From the IMG/VR virus record IMGVR_UViG_3300043444_000183, positions 52-64,051 of that record: a stretch of 64,000 nt of DNA. The stretch is one strand, 5' to 3'. Under the pieces are notes generated by a model. The model searched no databases, was not told the origin of the DNA, and saw only the letters and a program-made list of their open reading frames with translations. Below are positions 9,339 through 17,464 of the stretch, piece after piece (positions within the stretch are counted from its first letter, which is position 1; each line of letters begins with the position of its first letter). The DNA is from a virus (taxonomy: Duplodnaviria > Caudoviricetes). A program made the translations under genes and the position numbers.

Positions 9339-10480
9339 GGCATAACAACCTTACGATTGGACTCAAGGTCGATCTGGAAGAACACAAATCCGGATCGGCC
9401 TTTCTTAAAGTTGGTCTGAACCCATTCTGAGCTAGGCGAGAATGCCGGGAAGTTGAAGTAATCAAACTCATCGGAAGAGCAGTAGTCGAATAGCATCTGG
9501 TGAGAGTCACCCTTGCTGAACTCTACATAGTCACAAGATCTTAGCTCATGCGAGTGTCTAATGTACTGAGATATTTTCTCAACACCTCTTGGATCAAGTT
9601 GGACCTTGAATCCGAACTTAAGGTTGCGAGAGTCTTTGCCATGGCTAATGATAAATCCATGTCTTCCAATTATGTAGTGGTTTATAAACTTCTTGTGGTT
9701 AATAACATTGACGTTGCTATACTTACGATCAATGACATGCTTGAATGCTGAATTAACTATGTATCCAAACGCACCTGAATGGTTGTCTTCACAGATATTA
9801 TTGCAAAGAATGTTCTTATACTGAGGGGCTAGATAATCAATCAACAATACTTTAGCCTTGAGCCCCGCATCAAACGCTTCTTCGTTTGTCATGTTCTGTG
9901 GTAGCTTATGTCCCTTACGGGTAGTCTCACCATCCCATCCGTCCATAAAGTCTCCTAGATCATCTATTACAAGGCTGTCTGATGATTTATTTGCTAGAAC
10001 AAATTCAGCCATCTCCTCAACTCTTTTGTTAAGTAGTTCGCTATTCCAATCAGTAGCATATAAAGCCAATCCCTTACGACTAGCATCCATACCTACGTGA
10101 ACGTCTGTCCATACCAAACGATCAACCGTCTGACCTGGCGTCCAATTTGATTTTGGTACCGGTGACTTACCATCAATACACTTTGATATAATTGACTCGT
10201 AGTCTATTTGATCAACACGATAGGCTGGATTCTTGATGAATAAGGACGCCTGTTTGGTCTTAAGCCAAAGGTATGGAACATTTGAAGGAGCTACTTCTAA
10301 GTCATTACATGCATCCTTAACACCTTTATTATTATGCTTAGTAACAGCGCGAGAGACATATATTCTCATCGTCTCTTCTCTGGTATCAAGATTATTTTCT
10401 GAGATGATTTGCCGAGCAATATCAGCCTTTGTCATTCCCGATGCTAGAAGCTCCAGGATTCTGTCCATATACTGTTTCAT
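9320..10480 (-). CDS. Calcineurin-like metallophosphoesterase with N-terminal HTH
   Basis: Motifs DVHVG, LGDFMDG, DNH, SHG, GDSH; N-terminal GMTKADIARQI. Confidence 0.8.
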   Translation of the reverse strand: MKQYMDRILELLASGMTKADIARQIISENNLDTREETMRIYVSRAVTKHNNKGVKDACNDLEVAPSNVPYLWLKTKQASLFIKNPAYRVDQIDYESIISKCIDGKSPVPKSNWTPGQTVDRLVWTDVHVGMDASRKGLALYATDWNSELLNKRVEEMAEFVLANKSSDSLVIDDLGDFMDGWDGETTRKGHKLPQNMTNEEAFDAGLKAKVLLIDYLAPQYKNILCNNICEDNHSGAFGYIVNSAFKHVIDRKYSNVNVINHKKFINHYIIGRHGFIISHGKDSRNLKFGFKVQLDPRGVEKISQYIRHSHELRSCDYVEFSKGDSHQMLFDYCSSDEFDYFNFPAFSPSSEWVQTNFKKGRSGFVFFQIDLESNRKVVMPYFFNI

Positions 10481-10637
10481 CGTAATGGGTTTTGTGCAGA
10501 TCCCGAAGGACTACGATTAGATTTTGAATTGTGGGAATCAATGCGTCATAGTCTTCGTCCATGAGTTGCTCATAGATGCTGTCAGTTAGCTCGTTGATTT
10601 CGAGCATTGTTGAGTTGACATAGTTGACATTCTGCAT
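10422..10637 (-). CDS. Hypothetical protein
   Basis: ORF with upstream TACATTAG promoter-like box; co-oriented with neighbours. Confidence 0.65.
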   Translation of the reverse strand: MQNVNYVNSTMLEINELTDSIYEQLMDEDYDALIPTIQNLIVVLRDLHKTHYDETVYGQNPGASSIGNDKG

Positions 10638-10661
10638 TACGCAGGCTAATGTACGAAAAAT

Positions 10662-10904
10662 TTATACAGGATAATTAAATACAGACAAAAATTTTATCGG
10701 ATCTATTTGGTAGTTTATCCGGTATTTATTAATGTTCTCTCTTTTTATCACTTTAGCAATGAAGTATGTGTCAACAACTGACCCATCTTCCTTAAGACCA
10801 ACAGGCCATTTCTCAAGAACTTTATTTACTGGTGCCAATCTAGTGCCATGTTTTAAAGGCATAGCCTTGATCGTTATGTTGGCAGCGTATACACCTGGCT
10901 TCAT
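10662..10904 (-). CDS. Hypothetical protein
   Basis: ORF in a chain with 4-nt start/stop overlaps. Confidence 0.7.
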   Translation of the reverse strand: MKPGVYAANITIKAMPLKHGTRLAPVNKVLEKWPVGLKEDGSVVDTYFIAKVIKRENINKYRINYQIDPIKFLSVFNYPV

Positions 10905-11161
10905 AGATTGCTAAACTTTAATCCGTAATTCAGAGAAAACCAACCCATCTGCTTTTTCGCTATGTCTTTTTTTAATCTAAGGGTTTTTCTTAGGTACTCA
11001 GTCCCCCAATTCATCCACTGATCATTCTGCTCAACGGTCATCGTCCAATCGGTATACCAAGCATCCTTTCTGTTAATAATGTCGTCAATTGTGACGTCGT
11101 GACCTGCAATTTCAAACATCTTATTGATGATTTCTGCTACTACTTTATCTTGTTTTGTCAT
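10901..11161 (-). CDS. Hypothetical protein
   Basis: Overlapping start/stop chain. Confidence 0.75.
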   Translation of the reverse strand: MTKQDKVVAEIINKMFEIAGHDVTIDDIINRKDAWYTDWTMTVEQNDQWMNWGTEYLRKTLRLKKDIAKKQMGWFSLNYGLKFSNL

Positions 11162-11340
11162 AACTCTTTTGGTTTAATTAATATCTGCATTCTATCTAAC
11201 AAATCATTAAAATCATCATCTTCAATCCATTTAGGTTTGCTAAGGTAAACGACAGGAGAATGTACCGATCCTTTTATTTGATAGATTATAACCGACTTCC
11301 TGACAGACTTACTCCTATCTATGTAGTATTCGCTTTTCAT
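11158..11340 (-). CDS. Hypothetical protein
   Basis: Overlapping start/stop chain. Confidence 0.65.
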   Translation of the reverse strand: MKSEYYIDRSKSVRKSVIIYQIKGSVHSPVVYLSKPKWIEDDDFNDLLDRMQILIKPKEL

Positions 11341-11546
11341 ATGTAATATTTTTTTAGTTCGTCTTTTTTTAGGCCTACTTCTAATTCTTGAAGCGTGTCA
11401 ATGTATAAAAACACGGAGCGCCTTTGAACATCTAAATGTTTTTTTATTGAGCTTATAGGCTTAGGGTTTTCCTTTAGAAATTCAATCAGACCAATTACTT
11501 TAGTCTTTCTCGGGTTGCGCAGCTTATTATACTTCTCTAGGTTCAT
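11337..11546 (-). CDS. Small winged-HTH DNA-binding protein
   Basis: ISSIKKHLDVQRRSVFLYIDTL resembles HTH_11. Confidence 0.6.
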   Translation of the reverse strand: MNLEKYNKLRNPRKTKVIGLIEFLKENPKPISSIKKHLDVQRRSVFLYIDTLQELEVGLKKDELKKYYI

Positions 11547-11591
11547 AATTAATTAAGTTTTTTTCTCCTCATTTAATCGGTTTTCCTCCGA

Positions 11592-11954
11592 TTATGGATA
11601 AAATATTTTACATTTTTCGCACTTCATATCCTTGGTTAAGCCCTCAGATATAATCACTCCACAATCATGGCACAGCGTAGCACCTATCCCATTGTTGTAC
11701 TTGTGTATCGGCTTGCCGTATTTCCTGATCAACATAAAGGTTGTCTTGATATCTACCCAATTCAGTTTGATCTCCTCTCCATTTTTAATAGGATACCAAG
11801 CAATGGTATACCCGTGGTCAGCGTTTATCCAGTCCACACTATTTACTATGTTGCCATTAACTGAATGAAGGTATATCCAAGGTACGTTACCAGCAAGCTT
11901 GATGTCGTAGCCAATCTTCTTAAGGCGCTCTCTAAATTTTACTACTTCGTTCAT
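11592..11954 (-). CDS. Hypothetical protein with C-terminal zinc ribbon
   Basis: CHDC...CEKC. Confidence 0.7.
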   Translation of the reverse strand: MNEVVKFRERLKKIGYDIKLAGNVPWIYLHSVNGNIVNSVDWINADHGYTIAWYPIKNGEEIKLNWVDIKTTFMLIRKYGKPIHKYNNGIGATLCHDCGVIISEGLTKDMKCEKCKIFYP

Positions 11955-12321
11955 GTTCTCTATATTTAATCTCTTTTCTAATCAAATCAAGGTGCCAATC
12001 TGCACCACCATACTCAAGGACTGACTGCAAGTAGTCGTCGTCCATGTCCTTTAGCGGTATCCAAGTGAGTGGTTGCTTACCATCTTTACCTCGGCTACCT
12101 CGTGTGGCGTAGCATCGAACTACGTCAAATGGGTCGTCAGTGTAGTAGTTGTGGATAATCAACTTGTCAAGGTCCTTTGCTCCGTATCTCTCGTAGCTAA
12201 GACCACCATCCACCATTGCCTCGTTAGGACAGCTACATGTCTTGTAGTCGTGCACAGTGTAGCTGACTAATAGCTCCTTACACTCTGTGCAGGTTACTGC
12301 GTTGTATACTAGCTGTCTCAT
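11932..12321 (-). CDS. Zinc-binding hypothetical protein
   Basis: CTEC...HDYKTCSC...VDGG. Confidence 0.75.
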   Translation of the reverse strand: MRQLVYNAVTCTECKELLVSYTVHDYKTCSCPNEAMVDGGLSYERYGAKDLDKLIIHNYYTDDPFDVVRCYATRGSRGKDGKQPLTWIPLKDMDDDYLQSVLEYGGADWHLDLIRKEIKYREHERSSKI

Positions 12322-12524
12322 AGCTTTTTAATTTCTCGTTTTACTTGACTCCAGTGTAGTGATATTACAAATAATTTAAGCTGTTCAAATTGCTTAATCA
12401 TCTCATCAACTAAAATCAATGCGCATTGCTTAGCTTGAATACTACATTGTATTTCCTCGGTGTATTCTTGGCAAATAATGTAATGCCTGCCGAATAGTTC
12501 TTTTGCTTTCTCTTGTGGGCTCAT
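12318..12524 (-). CDS. MTPKEKAKEL-type small phage protein (paralog 1)
   Basis: EKAKEL...KQCALILVDE...W.QVKREI shared with the next ORF. Confidence 0.8.
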   Translation of the reverse strand: MSPQEKAKELFGRHYIICQEYTEEIQCSIQAKQCALILVDEMIKQFEQLKLFVISLHWSQVKREIKKL

Positions 12525-12724
12525 AGCTTTTCAATTTCTTTTTTGACTTGTTGCCAATATGGTAAATGTGGATGCTTATTAAAGGTTGCAACTATCATGC
12601 TATTAATGATTTCATCAACTGCAATTAATGCGCATTGTTTTGTCCTAAATTTTTTAAAGAATATACCCCGTACTTCATTTGAAAACATAAATACTAACTC
12701 TTTTGCTTTTTCTTTCGGTGTCAT
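12521..12724 (-). CDS. MTPKEKAKEL-type small phage protein (paralog 2)
   Basis: Tandem paralog of 12318-12524. Confidence 0.8.
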   Translation of the reverse strand: MTPKEKAKELVFMFSNEVRGIFFKKFRTKQCALIAVDEIINSMIVATFNKHPHLPYWQQVKKEIEKL

Positions 12725-13092
12725 ATCTTCTCAACTTTAGTTATAAACTCAGGACTAATCCACGTATTTCTTTTGACATAGTAAAGCCCATTCCATTTGA
12801 ATGTATGAGTTGAATTATCTTTACCATCCATTGTGGTGTAAACCATGTACTGATTATCCGGGTCGAAGCGAGCATGGAATATCTGAGTCTCTTCTTCCTT
12901 CTCTAAACTTCGCTTGTAGTTGTCATTTCTGTTCAACCACTCAAACAGCCTATCTCTCTCTTCCTCAGACATTTGCTCCCAATACACATTAGTTAAACGT
13001 TGCCAAAACATGGTTCTAGCAATAGGATTTGGCGGGATACAGGCTTCGGCTAAGAAAGCCAATTCAAAAAAATCAATAGTGAAATTGCTCAT
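12721..13092 (-). CDS. Hypothetical protein
   Basis: Start moved to ATG 13092, which overlaps the stop of the upstream ORF. Confidence 0.75.
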   Translation of the reverse strand: MSNFTIDFFELAFLAEACIPPNPIARTMFWQRLTNVYWEQMSEEERDRLFEWLNRNDNYKRSLEKEEETQIFHARFDPDNQYMVYTTMDGKDNSTHTFKWNGLYYVKRNTWISPEFITKVEKI

Positions 13093-13268
13093 TGTTGTTT
13101 TAAATTTTCTAATTTCTCCATTGCATCCCACACCTTTTCTCTATAAAACATATAAGCGTGTCGTGCTTGCATCCCTCCCTTTACTTTATACAAGTCTTCA
13201 ACTCTATCATCAAGCAGTTTGCTCAAATCATCTAAAATCCTAATTGCTTCTTTTACTTCTTCTTTCAT
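13089..13268 (-). CDS. Hypothetical protein (59 aa, MKEEVKEAIRILDD...)
   Basis: Translated by hand; below the ORF-track cutoff; A-rich initiation region. Confidence 0.65.
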   Translation of the reverse strand: MKEEVKEAIRILDDLSKLLDDRVEDLYKVKGGMQARHAYMFYREKVWDAMEKLENLKQQ

Positions 13269-13279
13269 AGTTATTTAAT

Positions 13280-13351
13280 TATATTTGTATCTACCCCACT
13301 TACAGAGAAGTTTGTAAGTCCCCCTCTATTCTCCGGTGTAGAGGGTTTTTT
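13280..13351 (+). ncRNA. Candidate small pseudoknotted RNA with its own promoter and terminator
   Basis: TATATTTG (13280-87), two 7-bp hairpins with complementary loops, then T6. Confidence 0.45.
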
Positions 13352-13453
13352 GTTTACATTCCTCTATAGGTTATGTGGCAATTTTTACCACTTATCTTAA
13401 CTTGTCTTGTAAGTCACAATTATATGTGGTTTTGTGACTTATATGACCACTTG

Positions 13454-13578
13454 TAGTGAGGGTGAGATTCGAACTCACTCGGTAGGATTATCGCGAACTC
13501 CGTTTGAAGTACCTTATTCGGATGGTCTTATGCCGTAAGCTGCCTTCCTGTTTAACTGAACCAACAGTTTTCCTCACT
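13454..13578 (-). ncRNA. tRNA-like RNA (125 nt) with expanded anticodon domain
   Basis: Perfect 7-bp acceptor stem AGTGAGG/CCTCACT, T-arm GTGAG-TTCGAAT-CTCAC, D-like hairpin CTGTT/AACAG. Confidence 0.65.
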
Positions 13579-13654
13579 ATGTGCCTTTTTTCTCGGAAAG
13601 GCTAACCTATCTCCCTACGATGAGAACCTCAGGCCAATGCTAGGCAGGCTACGA

Positions 13655-13852
13655 TCAGCACGTCTGCTGCATATTTTTTCTATAGTCCAACCAGAATCCA
13701 AGTGCGACTATTATGTTCATGCCCATAGAGCTGATAATCTCTATGATATCCCCATAGACAGTTGTCATCAAGTGAATATGACCAACCGTCCAAAATGGAA
13801 TGGCTAGATTCTGACTGATCCAAATGATGGTATATCTTATGAAGCTAGCCAT
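13655..13852 (-). CDS. Small membrane protein
   Basis: Two hydrophobic segments. Confidence 0.65.
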   Translation of the reverse strand: MASFIRYTIIWISQNLAIPFWTVGHIHLMTTVYGDIIEIISSMGMNIIVALGFWLDYRKNMQQTC

Positions 13853-14094
13853 TGGTTGAATGCAGTGCTAATGTTCTGAACCTCATCAAAAAACTCTATC
13901 GATCCATCCATATCTTTTACCGGATTAAACACAGCCTTGGATAGCTTCTCTACCTCGTCAATAAAATCATTACCGGCCTTCTTAACTCCCTTGCTGTATA
14001 TTCTTGGGTAGTCTTCTCTAATGTCTTCCATGTAGTCCATTAAGACCGGAAGAACGCCCAATAAGGCTGCCATTTTTCTTTCATTCGATATCAT
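13837..14094 (-). CDS. Hypothetical protein
   Basis: Probable start MISNERK. Confidence 0.65.
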   Translation of the reverse strand: MISNERKMAALLGVLPVLMDYMEDIREDYPRIYSKGVKKAGNDFIDEVEKLSKAVFNPVKDMDGSIEFFDEVQNISTAFNQWLAS

Positions 14095-14338
14095 AATATT
14101 CTCCATTAAACCAGGTAGCCGAGACACCATGGTTGAGCAGCTCCTTGATTCTATAAATCTGTAGTGGCCTCGGCTTTTGTCCTGGACGTTTTACTTCAAT
14201 AAATTTTACATCTGAGTTTCTTGGTATCGCAATAAGATCAGGAATTCCCGGCTTGTTTGTTACTGATAACTTCAGCACATAGTAACCCTCCTTCTCTAGG
14301 CTCTTGATTAGCTTCGCTTGTATCTGCTGCTCGGTCAC
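14081..14338 (-). CDS. VRR-NUC domain nuclease
   Basis: EQQIQ...GIPDL...FIEVK...LQ motif; TACATTTG box 3 nt upstream. Confidence 0.9.
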   Translation of the reverse strand: MTEQQIQAKLIKSLEKEGYYVLKLSVTNKPGIPDLIAIPRNSDVKFIEVKRPGQKPRPLQIYRIKELLNHGVSATWFNGEYYDIE

Positions 14339-14753
14339 CTACAAATGTAGATGTTTTTTCATAAATACCCAACTTCAACCTGCGTTTTATTCTTAAAAAT
14401 TCTTCCAACCATTTAGCCTCTAAAATATCTTGTTCTAGATTGTACTCTTTTTTTCTTCTGTATGTTCCTGCGCTGTGCATAAACTTACTGTCTCCTAGAT
14501 AATCAGCCACACACTTGGTCTCTGATGCATACACAGCATCTCTAAACCTAATCATGTCGCTATGCATGCGAAGGCCGTGAAATATACTTGCATGATTTTT
14601 TCCAAATACTTCAGCCGTCTGCATTAGGTTTAAGCCTGCCTCTCGTAGCTCGTTGTAGATGTAGTATCTCTTGTATACCAGCTCTCTCTTTCTTAATTTA
14701 TTCTTTAGTCCATGAATTTCAATGAAGTCATGTATTAATGCTAGTCTGTTCAT
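14238..14753 (-). CDS. DnaA C-terminal-like HTH protein
   Basis: RKRELVYKR...LNLMQTAEVFGKNHASIFHG. Confidence 0.7.
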   Translation of the reverse strand: MNRLALIHDFIEIHGLKNKLRKRELVYKRYYIYNELREAGLNLMQTAEVFGKNHASIFHGLRMHSDMIRFRDAVYASETKCVADYLGDSKFMHSAGTYRRKKEYNLEQDILEAKWLEEFLRIKRRLKLGIYEKTSTFVGDRAADTSEANQEPREGGLLCAEVISNKQAGNS

Positions 14754-15837
14754 AGTCTTTCTTAAAAATGTTTAACGTATAACTTCTTTTACTCTTAACA
14801 GCCTTGTAGATCTTATCCTCTATTCCGCCCACACTGAATATCCAATACACTTTATTAAATTTTCTTTCCATGGTTGTCATTCTGTCTTTTGCTTGAAAAT
14901 AAGACGTCGCGCTGAAGTCAATGTTGTAGAATACCACATAGTCAGCGTTCTTGAGCGATATGCCCTCGCGGCCCGATACAATCTGCAATGCTATCACTTG
15001 ACACTTACCTGCGTCGAATTCTTCCAAGCTCTCAGTCAATTGATCACCATACACCTGCTTTAAAGCCTTTAACTCAGCTTTAAACTTATAAAATACACCA
15101 ATCCTATTGGTCGCAAATCGCGACCTTATAAACTCAGCCTTTGTGGTATCAATTACCATGCTATTGCCACTCTCAAACTTCACAGTGCCACTGCATAACT
15201 GGTGCACCTTTTGCATCAACTTAACCGGCGTGTCGGCCAAAATAACTTCTTCCCGGCCCTCCACAACCAAGTCGCGCTCTAACTTCTTCACAATCATCTT
15301 TGTCTTCTCAGACATGTCGACATAAATAATTTCCTCCTCGATTGACGTCTCAAACCCTGACTGCTGCTGCGTATGACTGATCATTAGATAGGCGAGTTTA
15401 GTCATGATGTCGATCTCCCTTCCGTTCGAGTACTCAGTTACCTTAAAACCATTGATCACCCGGTCAAACTTAATGACGTAGTCATCTGCCCATCGGTAGA
15501 AGTTCTTGTACTCACGGAATGGCGAGTAGTCGCTTACCCAGAACTGATGGTACATCTGTGAGTATGACTCTGGGCATGGTGTACCTGATAGAAAGATCAT
15601 TGGCAAATGACCAAACATCTTCTTAAACATCTTAGTGTACAACCCAGGCTTAGGGAAGGCACCACAATTATGGACTAATATACCGTTTGCTAAGTAATTA
15701 TGATTATCCTCAACTTCTATATCATAGACATAACCATCTGGACACAATTCTCTAATTCTTTCTGTATCTGAGAGTTTGTAAATCTCAATACTTTCCACCC
15801 TTTCAAAGCTAACAGTTTGTTCTTTCTTTCGTCGCAT
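14728..15837 (-). CDS. Split intein C-fragment (57 aa) + SF2 helicase C-extein (312 aa)
   Basis: VYDIEVEDNHNYLANGILVHN|C; helicase motifs LSGTP, SGREGISL, QAKDR. Confidence 0.92.
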   Translation of the reverse strand: MRRKKEQTVSFERVESIEIYKLSDTERIRELCPDGYVYDIEVEDNHNYLANGILVHNCGAFPKPGLYTKMFKKMFGHLPMIFLSGTPCPESYSQMYHQFWVSDYSPFREYKNFYRWADDYVIKFDRVINGFKVTEYSNGREIDIMTKLAYLMISHTQQQSGFETSIEEEIIYVDMSEKTKMIVKKLERDLVVEGREEVILADTPVKLMQKVHQLCSGTVKFESGNSMVIDTTKAEFIRSRFATNRIGVFYKFKAELKALKQVYGDQLTESLEEFDAGKCQVIALQIVSGREGISLKNADYVVFYNIDFSATSYFQAKDRMTTMERKFNKVYWIFSVGGIEDKIYKAVKSKRSYTLNIFKKDYEQTSINT

Positions 15838-16394
15838 TCTTTTACTTTTAATGAGTTATGACTAATTCCATCCACTTCTATTGCAATCATGTGATATTTT
15901 GATGCAATGTCAATTTTATAGTGCCTTGGAGATTTAAATTGTTTTGCTAAGTGACCTGTCTTCTCTATATACTCCATTGAAAATGAAGAATCTAATTCAG
16001 ATATCTTATTATATAGCATTAATTGATGGACAGTCGCACCGCGCCCATTGCCACCCTGAATAGCAGGCTTATGGTTAATCTCCTTTTGTCTTTCAGACGC
16101 TTTTAACCTATGTTCTTCATAGAACATTGGATTATTCTTTTTCATTCTTTCTGAAGACAACTTTCCTTGGCAAGAAATTGAACAAACTTTACCTTTAGAA
16201 AACGGTTGTCTTTGAAAATTAGATCCACATACAATGCACGTTGAATTTAATATTTTGTGCATATTATCTTTAGATCCATATGAATGAATTAATTGAGAGC
16301 ATTTTGCACTACATCCATTTCCTTTTAATTTTCCAATTAAAAAATTATATACCTGACTATCTGTTAATTCTTTATCACACCACTTGCAATTCAT
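15717..16394 (-). CDS. Free-standing Vsr-like (DUF559/EDxHD) homing endonuclease with zinc fingers
   Basis: IDIA...AIEVDGISH...D...GWKVLRF; CxxC pairs; probable start MNCKWC at 16394 (ORF open from 16478). Confidence 0.85.
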   Translation of the reverse strand: MNCKWCDKELTDSQVYNFLIGKLKGNGCSAKCSQLIHSYGSKDNMHKILNSTCIVCGSNFQRQPFSKGKVCSISCQGKLSSERMKKNNPMFYEEHRLKASERQKEINHKPAIQGGNGRGATVHQLMLYNKISELDSSFSMEYIEKTGHLAKQFKSPRHYKIDIASKYHMIAIEVDGISHNSLKVKECDERKNKLLALKGWKVLRFTNSQIQKELENCVQMVMSMI

Positions 16395-16947
16395 CTGTGG
16401 GTAATATTTCTCTAGCTTTAACCCATCCACGCTTTGTAAATATTTCGTGGTTTTCGGTGCATATGATTTCTTTTCCATTACATCTTATTTTAACTAAACT
16501 TTCTGTTAATTTATTTTTGAATACATTTTTAACTTGTTTGTATTCATAACATTTTTTTTCAAAGTTAAAACTTTTTTTAAAATCTCCAACATTTATGTTC
16601 TTTATCTCAACTCCATCGATTAGAGTGTTTCCTAAAAAACACCTATGATGTTCATCATGTATCACTACGTCGTAGTCATTAGATGGTAGTTTATGCATCG
16701 ACTCATCATTAATGACATCAATGTGGTATGTATGACCAAACTCCTTGTAGTCATCAAGTATTGATCCGATAGCTTTCTTTTTAGTAAGGAACAACACCCT
16801 CTTAGCGCCAAACCTATTAGCTATCTCTAAGGAGGTGCTGGTCTTACCAGTTCTCACCTCCATGGCTAGATATACAATGTTGTGCTTAAGTAGTGTGTAT
16901 GTTGCTTTCTCAGCTATATCAATTTGATAGCTTCTTAGCTGCTTCAT
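16375..16947 (-). CDS. SF2 helicase N-extein (102 aa) + split intein N-fragment (88 aa)
   Basis: LRSYQ, RTGKT, DEHHR|CFLGNT, intein block B CTENHEIFT, GWVKA. Confidence 0.92.
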   Translation of the reverse strand: MKQLRSYQIDIAEKATYTLLKHNIVYLAMEVRTGKTSTSLEIANRFGAKRVLFLTKKKAIGSILDDYKEFGHTYHIDVINDESMHKLPSNDYDVVIHDEHHRCFLGNTLIDGVEIKNINVGDFKKSFNFEKKCYEYKQVKNVFKNKLTESLVKIRCNGKEIICTENHEIFTKRGWVKAREILPTDELQVV

Positions 16948-17213
16948 CTTTTCAGTTTTTTGATTGCCTCACTAAGTTCCTTAGTGAGTTCATCTGAATT
17001 CCTAACCGATGACAGCTCACGACGTAAGGCCATGATAGCATGGTATGGATCGTAGTACAGTGTATCGTTTTCACCATTAAGGAATCTCAATGCTGATACG
17101 TATGACAACATCATGCTAGACAACTCAGCATCTATCTTCTTACCTCTCGGTTTCTCAGCTACCTCTACTATTGCTTCGAAGCGCTTCTTTAAAATTACTT
17201 GTGCTAGGTTCAT
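16944..17213 (-). CDS. Hypothetical protein
   Basis: Overlapping start/stop chain. Confidence 0.7.
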   Translation of the reverse strand: MNLAQVILKKRFEAIVEVAEKPRGKKIDAELSSMMLSYVSALRFLNGENDTLYYDPYHAIMALRRELSSVRNSDELTKELSEAIKKLKR

Positions 17214-17464
17214 ACCATATACATATCATCGCACCATATAGGTGTTTGCTCACCTACATAGCTTCCGCGAATGTTAAACTCAAAATGTTCAAGCGCATCC
17301 TCAAGCTCCATCTCATCATTAGTTATTAAGATCTCAATGACCTTTGATACTGAATAGATTAATCGCATAGGCTCTCCAATCTGAACACCAATTACAGCTT
17401 CATCTAACCCATCTGCCTTTAAGAATGTCTCGTCTGGGTAGTACTCTAAAATTTCTTCTAACAT
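17210..17464 (-). CDS. Conserved acidic phage protein
   Basis: ADGLDEAVIG...EFNIRGSYVGEQTP. Confidence 0.8.
   Translation of the reverse strand: MLEEILEYYPDETFLKADGLDEAVIGVQIGEPMRLIYSVSKVIEILITNDEMELEDALEHFEFNIRGSYVGEQTPIWCDDMYMV

Noticed and set aside
1274-9510. Many 60-170-aa antisense ORFs under the giant gene (and under groEL, terL, portal and capsid)
   Set aside because: Antisense shadows of biased codon usage; no initiation signals or motifs
13454-13578. Canonical tRNA gene
   Set aside because: No 7-nt anticodon loop and 125 nt long; reported as tRNA-like instead
15838-16377. Stop-codon reassignment or read-through joining the two helicase halves
   Set aside because: All three stop types occur in that frame, and other genes are intact under the standard code
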